Source: an uncultured Erysipelotrichaceae bacterium
GTDB taxonomy: Bacteria > Bacillota_I > Bacilli_A > RF39 > UBA660
Direction: 5' to 3'
DNA length: 64,000 nt
Assembly (NCBI GenBank): GCA_902789225.1
Contig: CADANC010000001.1
Location: 329,438-393,437, forward strand
A program made the position numbers and the translations under genes. Shown here one piece after another: positions 36,578 through 47,003 of the stretch (the stretch's first letter is position 1; every line of letters starts with the position of its first letter). Below the pieces are notes generated by a model. That model saw nothing but the letters and a program-made list of their open reading frames with translations. It had not been told where the DNA came from and ran no database searches.

Positions 36578-38224
36578 CTATAAATTAAATTTATCTTTAA
36601 ATATATTATTTATCTTATTACCAGCTAAATCTTTTAATAATCCATTGTAGTAGCAACATAATAAATAGATACCACCACCAACTAAAGTATATAAAATAAT
36701 TATAAAGAAACTAATTAATCTACTAGATGTATCTATAGGAACTATAAAATTCATAATTAATAAGATAATACTCATAATAATAGATGAAGCAAAAATATTA
36801 AAAAAGTTATTAATAAAAGAATCAAATTTAATATGATATTTCTTATATAAAACTAATATACAAATAACGAAAGTAACAAAATAACCTATAATACTAGCAG
36901 TAAATACGCCATAATATGGAGGAAGACCAAGCTTATAAAAATTACTAATCAAATTATAATTTAATAATATTTTTAATACTAAACCTACTAACATACTAAT
37001 TATTAATACTCTATAATCTTTAAATAATTGAATAATAGTAACAGATAAACTAAATAAAGCAATGAATATACTAGTAAAAATAAAATAACTTAAAAATATA
37101 GATCCATCACCATTTCCATAGAATAAAGTCCAAATAGGATGAGATAAAATACTAATACCTATACACATAGGAATACCTAAAGATAATAATAAACTAAAAC
37201 TATCATTAACTTTCTTCGTAATGTTTTTATCGTCTTCTTTAGTAATAGATTCAGATAGTGAAGGAATTAAACTTACAATAATACCTGTATTAACACTCAA
37301 TATAATCATATTAAACTTTTTACCCCAGGTACTTATCATACTAACAATATCTTCAGCAGCACCAGTACTATAAGAAGCATGATTAACTAAACCTTTAACT
37401 ACAGTAAAAGTATCAATAAAATCATATGCTGCTTTACAAACATCTATCATAATAAAAGGTATTGCATATATTAATATTAATTTTATTATTTCTTTATTAG
37501 TAATAACAGGCTCATTCTGAGGATTAATCTTATCATTAAATCTACTCTTATTATTTCTATATATTTTTAATAAATATAATAAAGAACAAATACCACCTAT
37601 GGTTGCTCCAACAAGTGCAACACTTACACTTATAGTAGTACTTAGTTTAAATAATTTAACGACTACAAATGATCCAACTATTATTATTCCAACTCTAACT
37701 AATTGCTCAATAACTTGAGAAACAGAGTTAGGTCCCATTATCATATGTCCCTGAATATAACCCCTATACACAGATAAAATAGGAACTACAAGTATAGCAA
37801 AAGCTATAACTCTAATAACTAAAGTAATATCTTCTAAACTATTTCCTCCGGTTAAATTACCCATTACTAGTTTAGCTAGTAAAGGAGCTAATAAAATAAT
37901 TAAAATAAAAGAAATAATACCTATAATAACAGCATATTTTCTGGCTAAAAGAAAAGCTCTTTTCTTAACATTATAATATCCCTTAGTATTATAATCACTA
38001 GTAACTCTAGAAATAGCTAAAGGAATACCAGCAGTACTCATATTAATAAAAAATGAATAAATAGAATATGCATATCCATATAAAGCTCCACCAGCAGTAC
38101 CAATCATAGCATAAAAAGGAATAACATATAGTATTCCTAAAATTTTACTAACAAATATTCCTATAGTATTAACCATAGCACCACTTTTAAAACTATTCTT
38201 TTTTAACAATTTATTCTTCTTCAT
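36578..38224 (-). CDS. MOP-superfamily flippase (SpoVB/YtgP/MurJ-like putative lipid II or polysaccharide flippase)
   Basis: A 548 aa protein with about 14 TM helices. The N-terminal region FKSGAMVNTIGIFVSKILGILYVIPFYAMIG matches the polysaccharide biosynthesis (Wzx/SpoVB) family. Confidence 0.6.
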   Translation of the reverse strand: MKKNKLLKKNSFKSGAMVNTIGIFVSKILGILYVIPFYAMIGTAGGALYGYAYSIYSFFINMSTAGIPLAISRVTSDYNTKGYYNVKKRAFLLARKYAVIIGIISFILIILLAPLLAKLVMGNLTGGNSLEDITLVIRVIAFAILVVPILSVYRGYIQGHMIMGPNSVSQVIEQLVRVGIIIVGSFVVVKLFKLSTTISVSVALVGATIGGICSLLYLLKIYRNNKSRFNDKINPQNEPVITNKEIIKLILIYAIPFIMIDVCKAAYDFIDTFTVVKGLVNHASYSTGAAEDIVSMISTWGKKFNMIILSVNTGIIVSLIPSLSESITKEDDKNITKKVNDSFSLLLSLGIPMCIGISILSHPIWTLFYGNGDGSIFLSYFIFTSIFIALFSLSVTIIQLFKDYRVLIISMLVGLVLKILLNYNLISNFYKLGLPPYYGVFTASIIGYFVTFVICILVLYKKYHIKFDSFINNFFNIFASSIIMSIILLIMNFIVPIDTSSRLISFFIIILYTLVGGGIYLLCCYYNGLLKDLAGNKINNIFKDKFNL

Positions 38225-38249
38225 AATATCCTCTATTAATATAATACCA

Positions 38250-38280
38250 CAAAAAAGAAAAAAGAAGCCTAAGCTTCTTA
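38250..38280 (-). terminator. rho-independent terminator of leuS
   Basis: On the minus strand, AAGAAGCTTAGGCTTCTT is followed by TTTTCTTTTTT. Confidence 0.6.
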
Positions 38281-40686
38281 TTTTACTACGATATTAACTA
38301 TCTTATTTTTAATAACTATAGTTTTAACTATTTCTTTGCCTTCAGTAAACTTAATTACATTTTCAAGTTTCATAGCTTTTGCTTTAACTGATTCATCATC
38401 TTCATCTTTAACTATATCAATAGAACCACGAACTTTTCCATTTACTTGAACAGCAATAGTAATAGCCTCATCTACTATTTTTTCTTCATCATAATCTGGC
38501 CAAGTGCTCTCACATATAGGTTTACCTAATTTATATTTTTCATTTAATTCTTCAGTAATATGAGGAGCATCAGGATTTAATAATATTAACAATGTTCTAT
38601 AATCATCTTTAGTAATCTCATCTTGTTTTTCTAATTCATTAACTAAAATCATTAATGCACTAATAGCAGTATTATATTTCATAGAAAGATTATCATCAGT
38701 TACTTTCTTAATAGTCTTATTCATAAGAACTTCTTGTGAGTAACCAGTCTTATCAACAACTTTTTCTCCCAATCTTTCAACTTTTCTTAGGAATCTATCG
38801 CATCCTTTTAATGAATCTGTATTCCAAGGAGCATCTTGTGTATAATCACCAATAAACATTTCATATACTCTTAAAGTATCTGCCCCGTATGCATTAACAA
38901 TTTCATCAGGATTAACAACATTACCCTTAGATTTAGACATCTTTTCACCATTAGAACCTAAAATCATACCATGACTAACTCTTGTCCAAATCATTTCTTT
39001 ATTAGGAACTAAACCAATATTATATAAGAATTGTACCCAAAATCTTGCATATAACAAGTGTCTAGCAGTATGTTCCATTCCACCATTATACCAATCTACT
39101 CTATTCCAATATTTCATTTTTTTCATAGAAGCAAACTCTTTATTGTTATGTGGATCCATATATCTTAAGAAATACCATGATGATCCTGCCCATTGTGGCA
39201 TAGTATCAGTCTCTCTTTTAGCAGCAGCACCACATTTAGGACATTTACAATTAACAAATTCTTCTATAGCAGCAAGAGGGCTTTCACCATCTTCTGTAGG
39301 TTCATAATTAACAACATCAGGAAGTACAACAGGTAAATCACTATCAGGTACAGGAACCCAACCACATTTATCACAATGAATCATAGGAATAGGTTCACCC
39401 CAGAATCTTTGTCTACCAAAAACCCAGTCTCTCATTTTATAGTTATTAACTCTTCTACCAATACCTTTATCTTCTAACATAGTAGTTATTTTTTCTTTAG
39501 CTTCTTCTACAGTTAAACCACTATATTCTTCAGAATTAATTAACTTACAACCTTTTCCTAAATAATCACCTTTTTCAAAAGCACATTCACTAATATCTCT
39601 TCCATCAATTACTTGAATAATTTCTAAATCATGTTCTTTAGCATATTCAAAGTCTCTTTGATCATGACTAGGAACAGCCATTACAGCACCAGTTCCATAA
39701 TCACCAAGAACAAAATCTCCTAAGTAAATAGGTACTTCTTTACCATTAACAGGATTAATAGCTTTAACTCCTTCAACAAGAACACCACTCTTACCCTTAT
39801 TAAGTTCAGTTCTATCCATAGTACTCTTTAAAGAAGTTTCTTTAATATATTTTTCTACTTCTTTTTTATTTTTTACTCTAGGCATTAATTCTTGAATTAA
39901 TTTTCCATCAGGAGCAAGTACGAAGAAAGTAATACCATAAATAGTTTCAATACAAGTAGTAAATACAGAGAAGTTTCCTCCACCTACTATTTGTACATCA
40001 AATTCTACTCCTTCACTCTTACCTATCCAATTGATTTGTCCTAATTTTACTCTTTCAGCAAAATTAGTATCTTTTAAACCATCTAATAAGTCTTCAGCAT
40101 AATCGCTCATTCTAAGCATCCATTGACTTTTAGTACGTTGTTCTACTTGAGATCCACATTGTTCACAAACTCCACCTTGAGAGTCTTCATTAGAAAGTAC
40201 CATCTTACAAGTAGGACACCAATTTACTTTAGTATCAGCTTTATAAGCCATATCATGTTTAAAGAATTGAATAAATTGCCATTGAGTCCATTTATAATAT
40301 TCTGGATCAGTAGTAGAAAATTCTCTACTCCAATCAAATGAAAAACCAATTGATTTCATTTGTGCTTTAAATGTTTCAATATTTCTTTTAACAGCTTCTC
40401 TAGGATGAATATGTTTTCTTATAGCAAATCTCTCAGCAGGAGCACCAAAAGCATCCCATCCCATAGGATATAAAACATTATATCCTTGCATTCTCTTAAT
40501 ACGAGCTATAACATCTTGAGCAGTATACCCCTTAACATGTCCAACATGTAATCCTTCCCCAGAAGGATAAGGAAATTCTACTAAATCATAAAATGTCTTT
40601 TTACCCTTTTCTTCTTTAGCTTCAAAAGTATGATGATCATCCCAATACTTTTGCCATTTCTTTTCAATTTCAGTATAATTACTCAT
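38278..40686 (-). CDS. leuS: leucyl-tRNA synthetase
   Basis: HIGH is present as HVGHVKGY and KMSKS as KMSKSKGNV. The CP1 editing domain is present in an 802 aa protein. Confidence 0.97.
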   Translation of the reverse strand: MSNYTEIEKKWQKYWDDHHTFEAKEEKGKKTFYDLVEFPYPSGEGLHVGHVKGYTAQDVIARIKRMQGYNVLYPMGWDAFGAPAERFAIRKHIHPREAVKRNIETFKAQMKSIGFSFDWSREFSTTDPEYYKWTQWQFIQFFKHDMAYKADTKVNWCPTCKMVLSNEDSQGGVCEQCGSQVEQRTKSQWMLRMSDYAEDLLDGLKDTNFAERVKLGQINWIGKSEGVEFDVQIVGGGNFSVFTTCIETIYGITFFVLAPDGKLIQELMPRVKNKKEVEKYIKETSLKSTMDRTELNKGKSGVLVEGVKAINPVNGKEVPIYLGDFVLGDYGTGAVMAVPSHDQRDFEYAKEHDLEIIQVIDGRDISECAFEKGDYLGKGCKLINSEEYSGLTVEEAKEKITTMLEDKGIGRRVNNYKMRDWVFGRQRFWGEPIPMIHCDKCGWVPVPDSDLPVVLPDVVNYEPTEDGESPLAAIEEFVNCKCPKCGAAAKRETDTMPQWAGSSWYFLRYMDPHNNKEFASMKKMKYWNRVDWYNGGMEHTARHLLYARFWVQFLYNIGLVPNKEMIWTRVSHGMILGSNGEKMSKSKGNVVNPDEIVNAYGADTLRVYEMFIGDYTQDAPWNTDSLKGCDRFLRKVERLGEKVVDKTGYSQEVLMNKTIKKVTDDNLSMKYNTAISALMILVNELEKQDEITKDDYRTLLILLNPDAPHITEELNEKYKLGKPICESTWPDYDEEKIVDEAITIAVQVNGKVRGSIDIVKDEDDESVKAKAMKLENVIKFTEGKEIVKTIVIKNKIVNIVVK

Positions 40687-41038
40687 CTTTTATCATCTTC
40701 TTTCTATATTTTTTGCCAACTATACTATAACTAATTAAAATAATCGGAATAATAAAAATAACTACAAATAATATTTTAAAAATAAATTTATTAATTAAAC
40801 TCATAATTGTAACAATAATAGTTATATCGAGCGAACTAACTATCGCAACTACTTGTAACAATTGAAAATAATTAATTTTTTTAATATCAATTCCATATTT
40901 CTTAATCAGGTATTTAATCTCAATTGGAATTTTCTTATCTTTACTTTTATAGTTCTTTTTAGCTCTATTAACAACAAATATTTCATATCCAATAAAAACA
41001 ACTACAAAAGTAAGAAAAAATAATATTAATTGTTCCAT
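40679..41038 (-). CDS. small membrane protein encoded between the T-box terminator and leuS
   Basis: A 119 aa protein with 3 predicted TM helices. A GAGGTG RBS lies 6 nt before the ATG. Its stop overlaps the leuS start by 8 nt. Confidence 0.5.
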   Translation of the reverse strand: MEQLILFFLTFVVVFIGYEIFVVNRAKKNYKSKDKKIPIEIKYLIKKYGIDIKKINYFQLLQVVAIVSSLDITIIVTIMSLINKFIFKILFVVIFIIPIILISYSIVGKKYRKKMIKDE

Positions 41039-41042
41039 ATTT

Positions 41043-41262
41043 CACCTCACAAAAAAACTATTCATCCATAAGGACGAATAGTTCGCGGTACCACCTTATT
41101 TTATAGATAAAAATCTATACAACTTAAAACTCTTAACGCGAGTTACGTATATGTCTTCTATTAGTCAAGTTCATATTACACTAATACTTATTTCCACCAC
41201 CCATAAGTTCTCTTAAAAAAGTAATAATATTACTACTACTAACAACATATAAATATAAATCA
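41043..41262 (-). promoter_or_regulatory. T-box riboswitch leader (leuS operon)
   Basis: The minus strand carries AAGGTGGTACCGCGAACTATTCGTCCTT (41070-41097). The terminator AACTATTCGTCC-TTATG-GATGAATAGTT is followed by TTTTTTT (41051-41084). Confidence 0.85.
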
Positions 41263-41284
41263 TATTATAATAAATTATCTAAAA

Positions 41285-42055
41285 TTAATCAATAACTTTA
41301 TAAAATTCATCACACATATCTATAACAATATTTTTAAAATCAAAATAATTGCCATGAATAAACTTAGATAATTGACTAATCAAATTAGGATTATCATTAA
41401 CTTCTTCAATAGTAACATCATCATCAGAAACATAATTATATATGTTAGTAGCAATTTCTAAAGAAGAATAAGGTTTATAATTACCATCAATTAATCCATA
41501 CATTACACCATTAGGATATTCATATAAGACATCTCTTTGATTATCATCAAATAATTTATATATTTTTTCTTCTTCAATAAACTTACTTATAGAAGAAATT
41601 AATATCTCATCATTATTAAAATTATTTCTAATAGTCTCGATTACACTAAAAGAATTAAAATCAAATGAATCTTTATATTTATTTAACTCTTCTAAAATCT
41701 CTCTATTATTAACAACCAATCTAATAAGAAAATCATAGTTATCTAATAATAAATATAATAAGAAATCTTTATCATCATCAATAGGACAATCAAGTGATTC
41801 ATCATAGTTTCTATAATCACCACTATTAAAAATAAGATAAATATAATCTCTACTTATTTTTAATATTTCTTTTTTTTCAAATTCACTTAGATTATCAATA
41901 TATTTATTAGAATATACATCATCTAACTCACCATTAAGTAAATGTTTAAGAAGTACTATGTTAAAAGAATCATCATCATTAAAATTAATTTCATCAAGAA
42001 ATCTCAAAGTAACAGTATCTTTTAATTGTCTATAATTTTTGTAATTTTTTGACAT
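41285..42055 (-). CDS. hypothetical acidic cytoplasmic protein
   Basis: A 256 aa protein with no TM helix and no recognisable motif. It is co-directional with and immediately upstream of the GH31 gene. Confidence 0.4.
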   Translation of the reverse strand: MSKNYKNYRQLKDTVTLRFLDEINFNDDDSFNIVLLKHLLNGELDDVYSNKYIDNLSEFEKKEILKISRDYIYLIFNSGDYRNYDESLDCPIDDDKDFLLYLLLDNYDFLIRLVVNNREILEELNKYKDSFDFNSFSVIETIRNNFNNDEILISSISKFIEEEKIYKLFDDNQRDVLYEYPNGVMYGLIDGNYKPYSSLEIATNIYNYVSDDDVTIEEVNDNPNLISQLSKFIHGNYFDFKNIVIDMCDEFYKVID

Positions 42056-42063
42056 ATTATCTC

Positions 42064-44487
42064 CTATACTTCAGCCATATATTCTAATAGTTTTAAAAAC
42101 ATATTTAAATATTCTTTAGAAAGACCTTTTTTCTTCATCTTTCTAATTTCAATTCTCTTTTGTCCTATAGATAACTCCCCAAACATAATATCTGCTAATT
42201 CTTCTTTTAAATATGTATTAATCTTCAAGTCTAATAAGATACTCTTAACATCATCATTAATAATCCTTTGAGCATCTATTTCTATGTTTTTACCCTTACA
42301 ATTGACAGTTAACTGTCCAATTGTAGGAACACCTTTTAATTCAACAATGAAATCATTTCCATCAACATAACTATCAATATCATTAAATGCATCTCTATCA
42401 AAGAAAGCTGTAACATCATCTGCTTCTCTAACATTTCTAAATACCATTTTATAATTTCGTTTTTCTGGAACAATTCCACTCTTACCTTCAATTGATCTAA
42501 TAATTACAGTGTAATTATTCTTTAAGTAATTGTAATCGATACTTGTTTTTAAATAATATCCATCTTTATATAAAGAAGTAATTCCATCATCTTCATATAA
42601 AGTATAAGTATTACTTACTCCAGGGAATATTTGAATTTCCATATCAGTAGGTAAACCAGTATTATTATAATCACTTCGATTAGATAAAGGAATAATAGAA
42701 CCAGCATGAGCAAATACAGGATAATCTTCATCTTTAAAGAATGAAATATATTTCTTATTACCCAAGAATCTCTTACCTGTTACATAATCATACCAAATAC
42801 CATCAGGTATAAAGAATCTATGAATAGTTCTATTCATTGTAGGATCTTTTTTATCTAAGATTGGACAAACTAATAATTGAGATCCAAAATAATATTGATT
42901 TCTATATAAAGGATCATCAAAAGTCCACATATAATTATAAAAGAATGGTTGTACTAAAGGAGTACCTGTCCTTGTATAATTATATGCTTCAGTATAGATA
43001 TAAGGTATTAATCTATGTCTTAATCTTAAATAATCTCCTGCTATACTTTGAGTTTTAGCATCCCATAACCAAGGTTCTTTCTTATAATATGGTCCTCTAG
43101 CACCATGAAAACGAAGTATTGGTGAGAAAACTCCTAATTCTAAATATCTAATATATAAATCATCATCTTCAATACCACCATGGTTACCACCAACATCATG
43201 ACTCCACCAAGAAACACCAATATTGGCAGCACTCAAATATTTAAAAGGTAATGATTTTAAATTTTTCCAACTTATCTCACTACTACCACCATATAAAACA
43301 GGATATCTATGACTAGCTTTACAACCACTACGAGATAAAATCATACCTCTTTTATTACTAAATCTATTAGAATCCATATACATATAATGTTGTAGACACC
43401 ATAATCTATTTAAATCCATCCCTGCTTTTGAATCATTCCAAAAGAAATCAATTCCTAAATTTTCTAAAGGATGTAAAAACATCTTAAAGAACAAATCAAT
43501 TGATTGAGGATTTAACGCATCAAAAGGAAGAATTCCCCCATCTGTTACTTTTAAAGCTTCACTAGCTTGTTTATAAAACATTTCATGTGGATAAAAACCT
43601 TCTTGAGGATCAACAACTAATCCAACTCTAATTCCACGTTTATGGAAATTATCAACCATAGCTTTAGGATCTTTAATTAGAGCATTATTAAATGTAAATC
43701 CAGTTTTTAATCCAGTCTTACCACTAGCATTTCTAATATGCCAGTCATTGTCAAATAACATAATTGATAAAGGAATTTTCTTCTTTTCAAAATTTCTAAT
43801 TAAATCTTTTAAATCTTTATCACCATACAAAGTATTTCTACTCCACCAATTACCAAAAGCATATCTTGGTAGCATAGAAGGAGCACCAGTTAATTTAAAA
43901 TAATCAAATAATACTTGTCTAAAATTAGTATCATACATAAAAACATAAACATCAGTATTATCAGCGATAGGTTCACCTAAAGTACCATCTTCCAATATAA
44001 TTTTACTTTGAGAATCATCTATAGATGCAAAACCATCTAAAGAATATAGGCCTTTTTCTATTTCTCTATTAACACTAACATCATCAGAAACAATATTACC
44101 ACCTAAATTTCTTACTTCCAAATTTCCATAATACCAATCTTTTTGTCTATCAGGCTCACGAGAATTTAAAGTTATTTTTAAATTTCTCATAGGATCTACA
44201 CCTTGAGCTTTAAAAGGTTGTTCCTTTTGATATACCAAAGTAAAATATTTAGTCGTAATCATTAAAGTAGTTTCATTTTGATCTACTTTAAATGCTCCTT
44301 TACTAAAATTTCTTCTTCTTACTAACTGAGTAGGTCTATCATTAAATGTTCCACTAGGAGAATATTCAAGTCTAACAACCATATCAGAAAGAACACTAAT
44401 TCTATAATGTTGTCCAATTATCGTATATTTTTCATCAGTTTTACATACATCACTATTAAAAATAAATTGCTTACCTAATGGATACAT
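42064..44487 (-). CDS. glycoside hydrolase family 31 (alpha-glucosidase/alpha-xylosidase-like)
   Basis: GH31 core motifs are present: PLSIMLFDNDW, GIRVGLVVDPQ, DFFWNDSKAGMD and WWSHDVGGNHGG. The protein is 807 aa. Confidence 0.8.
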   Translation of the reverse strand: MYPLGKQFIFNSDVCKTDEKYTIIGQHYRISVLSDMVVRLEYSPSGTFNDRPTQLVRRRNFSKGAFKVDQNETTLMITTKYFTLVYQKEQPFKAQGVDPMRNLKITLNSREPDRQKDWYYGNLEVRNLGGNIVSDDVSVNREIEKGLYSLDGFASIDDSQSKIILEDGTLGEPIADNTDVYVFMYDTNFRQVLFDYFKLTGAPSMLPRYAFGNWWSRNTLYGDKDLKDLIRNFEKKKIPLSIMLFDNDWHIRNASGKTGLKTGFTFNNALIKDPKAMVDNFHKRGIRVGLVVDPQEGFYPHEMFYKQASEALKVTDGGILPFDALNPQSIDLFFKMFLHPLENLGIDFFWNDSKAGMDLNRLWCLQHYMYMDSNRFSNKRGMILSRSGCKASHRYPVLYGGSSEISWKNLKSLPFKYLSAANIGVSWWSHDVGGNHGGIEDDDLYIRYLELGVFSPILRFHGARGPYYKKEPWLWDAKTQSIAGDYLRLRHRLIPYIYTEAYNYTRTGTPLVQPFFYNYMWTFDDPLYRNQYYFGSQLLVCPILDKKDPTMNRTIHRFFIPDGIWYDYVTGKRFLGNKKYISFFKDEDYPVFAHAGSIIPLSNRSDYNNTGLPTDMEIQIFPGVSNTYTLYEDDGITSLYKDGYYLKTSIDYNYLKNNYTVIIRSIEGKSGIVPEKRNYKMVFRNVREADDVTAFFDRDAFNDIDSYVDGNDFIVELKGVPTIGQLTVNCKGKNIEIDAQRIINDDVKSILLDLKINTYLKEELADIMFGELSIGQKRIEIRKMKKKGLSKEYLNMFLKLLEYMAEV

Positions 44488-44558
44488 AATAAACCTCCTA
44501 ATTATTCTAATACCATAATATCATAAAACAAAATAAAAATATACCAAGAATTGGTATA

Positions 44559-45698
44559 TTATTTAAATAAATTTACAGCATAATACTCTTCATAAGACAT
44601 ATAATGTTCATGAATGTAGTTGCTAATCTCTGTACCAACATATCTATAATGCCATGGCTCACTATTATATTGAGTTTCTTCAATAAACATAGAGTCATAT
44701 CTTAGTATAAATCCATATTTATAAGAATTATCTATCATCCATCTAAATTCTTTAGAATTGGCAAAGGTTTTTACAGAAGTTGAAGAAATATCTATCGCAA
44801 GACCAGTCTGATGTTCACTAAAGCCAGGTAAAGCAACATATTTAGAAACATAATTATCACCATATAAATTACGATAATAATCACATAATTCTTCTTGTTC
44901 ACTATAACTTCTATATCCTTCATTAATATAGATGTCTAAACCTTCCTTATTCATATCAGACTTCATTTGCTTAAAAGCCTTATATGCCTCACCATTTAGT
45001 TTAATTTCTTCATTCTTTGAATCTTCACTAGATATAGTAACTAAATTATTAGGTACAAAATTCTTAGTTAATGAAAAATGTTTATTAACAAGCATATCAA
45101 TACTAAATTTATTAATCAAATAAGGCTCGTTATATTCTTCCTTATCAATATCTAAATTTACATAAACAATAGTATTATATGCATTTTCTCCTGTTTCATC
45201 ACTATAAGCTAAATATCTATCATATAATCTAATTCTTGCAAAAGGATAATCAAAATATTCATCTAAATAAACAACTTTATCTCTTTTAGCAAAATCTCTA
45301 ACATCTTCTAAACTACCATGAGCTAAGATAACATTAATCTCACTAACTGAATATTTTTTCTCCAACAAAGAATTAATATCAGAAATTAATAAATCACCTT
45401 TATAATAATCAATTTGAGCATAATATTTAAGATATTTTTCATTATAAGATTCACTTTCAAAAGCAGCATTCAAAGTATCACTATAATGAACTGATTTAAC
45501 ATAACTTTTCTTAAAATTAAATAAAATAAATTGACTAGCCTTCTCACTATATCCTAACTTCTTTATAGTATGTATTTCATACCTATAGAATAAAAAAACA
45601 GCTAAAATTATTGCAAGAATTACTCCCAAAATTCTTACAATAGAAATAAATGGCTCTTTAAGTTTTAAACGTTTTCTTTTAGCCATAACTCCACCCAA
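44559..45698 (-). CDS. membrane-anchored D-alanyl-D-alanine carboxypeptidase (VanY / peptidase M15B) with N-terminal extension
   Basis: An N-terminal TM helix is present. The VanY signature is SEHQTGLAIDI (SxHxxGxAxD), and a C-terminal EPWHYRYVG motif is present. Confidence 0.7.
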   Translation of the reverse strand: MGGVMAKRKRLKLKEPFISIVRILGVILAIILAVFLFYRYEIHTIKKLGYSEKASQFILFNFKKSYVKSVHYSDTLNAAFESESYNEKYLKYYAQIDYYKGDLLISDINSLLEKKYSVSEINVILAHGSLEDVRDFAKRDKVVYLDEYFDYPFARIRLYDRYLAYSDETGENAYNTIVYVNLDIDKEEYNEPYLINKFSIDMLVNKHFSLTKNFVPNNLVTISSEDSKNEEIKLNGEAYKAFKQMKSDMNKEGLDIYINEGYRSYSEQEELCDYYRNLYGDNYVSKYVALPGFSEHQTGLAIDISSTSVKTFANSKEFRWMIDNSYKYGFILRYDSMFIEETQYNSEPWHYRYVGTEISNYIHEHYMSYEEYYAVNLFK

Positions 45699-45788
45699 AA
45701 GAATTATATCACAAAATAAAAGATAATTATTAAAACATATTTTTATTTACAACTATATTTAACTATTTATTGTTAAGACCAGAAAATA

Positions 45789-47003
45789 GTGGAAAAAAAG
45801 ACTAATTTGTGGTATAATATGTTCGGTGATTTTATGAGAGCGGTCGTACTATCGGGCGGTGGTTCTAAAGGCGCATATCAAATAGGAGTATGGAAAGCCT
45901 TAAGAAAATTAAAAATCAAATATGAAATAGTAACAGGCACATCAGTAGGCGCATTAAATGGTGCAATGATGGTACAAAAAGATTACTACAAAGCCTATAA
46001 TCTTTGGAATAATATTAGCATGGATAAGATATTTGATGGAAAGATAGAAAATTATGATGATACTATAACCCTATATAAAGAATATTTAAAGAATTTTGTA
46101 AAAAATAAAGGTGCAAAACCTTCAGGCTTAGAAAATATAGTAAATGAATTATTAAATACAAAAAATTTTTATAAATCAAAAATCAATTATGGATTAATAA
46201 CATACAATAAAACAAATAGACAGCCAAAAATATTACAAAAGAAAGATATTCCTGAAAGCAAATTAAATGATTATTTAATTGCAAGTTCAGCTGCCTATCC
46301 AGCATTTTCTTCTAAAGAAATTGAAGGAATAGAATTTATAGATGGTGGATATTATGATAATACACCTATTAATCTAGCCATAGATATGGGTGCAGATGAA
46401 GCAATAGTAGTAGATTTAACAACAGTAGGTTTAAGAAAAATCACAAAAAAGAGAATTAAAACAATAAAAATTAAACCACGAAACGATTTAGGTAGTTTCC
46501 TATTATTTGATAAAGATCTAGCAAAAAGAAACATAAAATATGGATATAATGATGCAATGAAAGTATTTAATAAATATGAAGGATATAAATATACATTTAA
46601 ACTACACTCTATAGAAAAATTTAAAACAAAATATAAAGAAACTTTTACTTATACTTTCAATAAGATTATTAATTCAAAAACAGCACAAGCTAGTATAGCA
46701 AAACTATTAAAAATAGATAAAGAAAATAATAGTAAAATAATAGACAAAATACTTTTAAAAGCATTAGAACATGTTGGAGAAACTCTAAGTATAGATGATA
46801 CAAAGATTTATTCATTAAATAAATATATTAAATTAATAAAAAAAGATTTAAATATTAGAAAAAAATATAATATCAAAACTGAAGGTTTAGAAATATATAA
46901 TTTAATTAAAGAAGAAAAATATGCTAAAGTAAAAAAAGAAGCATTAAAAAAACCTATAGATTTTATAACTGCATTATGCTTATATACAATTGATGAGGAT
47001 TAA
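45789..47003 (+). CDS. patatin-like phospholipase
   Basis: The oxyanion hole VLSGGGSKGAYQIG and the nucleophile elbow GTSVGALNG (GxSxG) are present. The catalytic Asp lies in IDGGYYDN. The promoter and RBS place the real start at ATG 45834 (MRAVVLSGGG), so the ORF-track N-terminus is probably over-extended. Confidence 0.8.
   Translation: MEKKTNLWYNMFGDFMRAVVLSGGGSKGAYQIGVWKALRKLKIKYEIVTGTSVGALNGAMMVQKDYYKAYNLWNNISMDKIFDGKIENYDDTITLYKEYLKNFVKNKGAKPSGLENIVNELLNTKNFYKSKINYGLITYNKTNRQPKILQKKDIPESKLNDYLIASSAAYPAFSSKEIEGIEFIDGGYYDNTPINLAIDMGADEAIVVDLTTVGLRKITKKRIKTIKIKPRNDLGSFLLFDKDLAKRNIKYGYNDAMKVFNKYEGYKYTFKLHSIEKFKTKYKETFTYTFNKIINSKTAQASIAKLLKIDKENNSKIIDKILLKALEHVGETLSIDDTKIYSLNKYIKLIKKDLNIRKKYNIKTEGLEIYNLIKEEKYAKVKKEALKKPIDFITALCLYTIDED
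45810..45818 (+). promoter_or_regulatory. extended -10 promoter element (TGgTATAAT) for the patatin-like gene
   Basis: TGGTATAAT ends about 15 nt upstream of the GGTGA RBS and the ATG at 45834. Confidence 0.45.
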
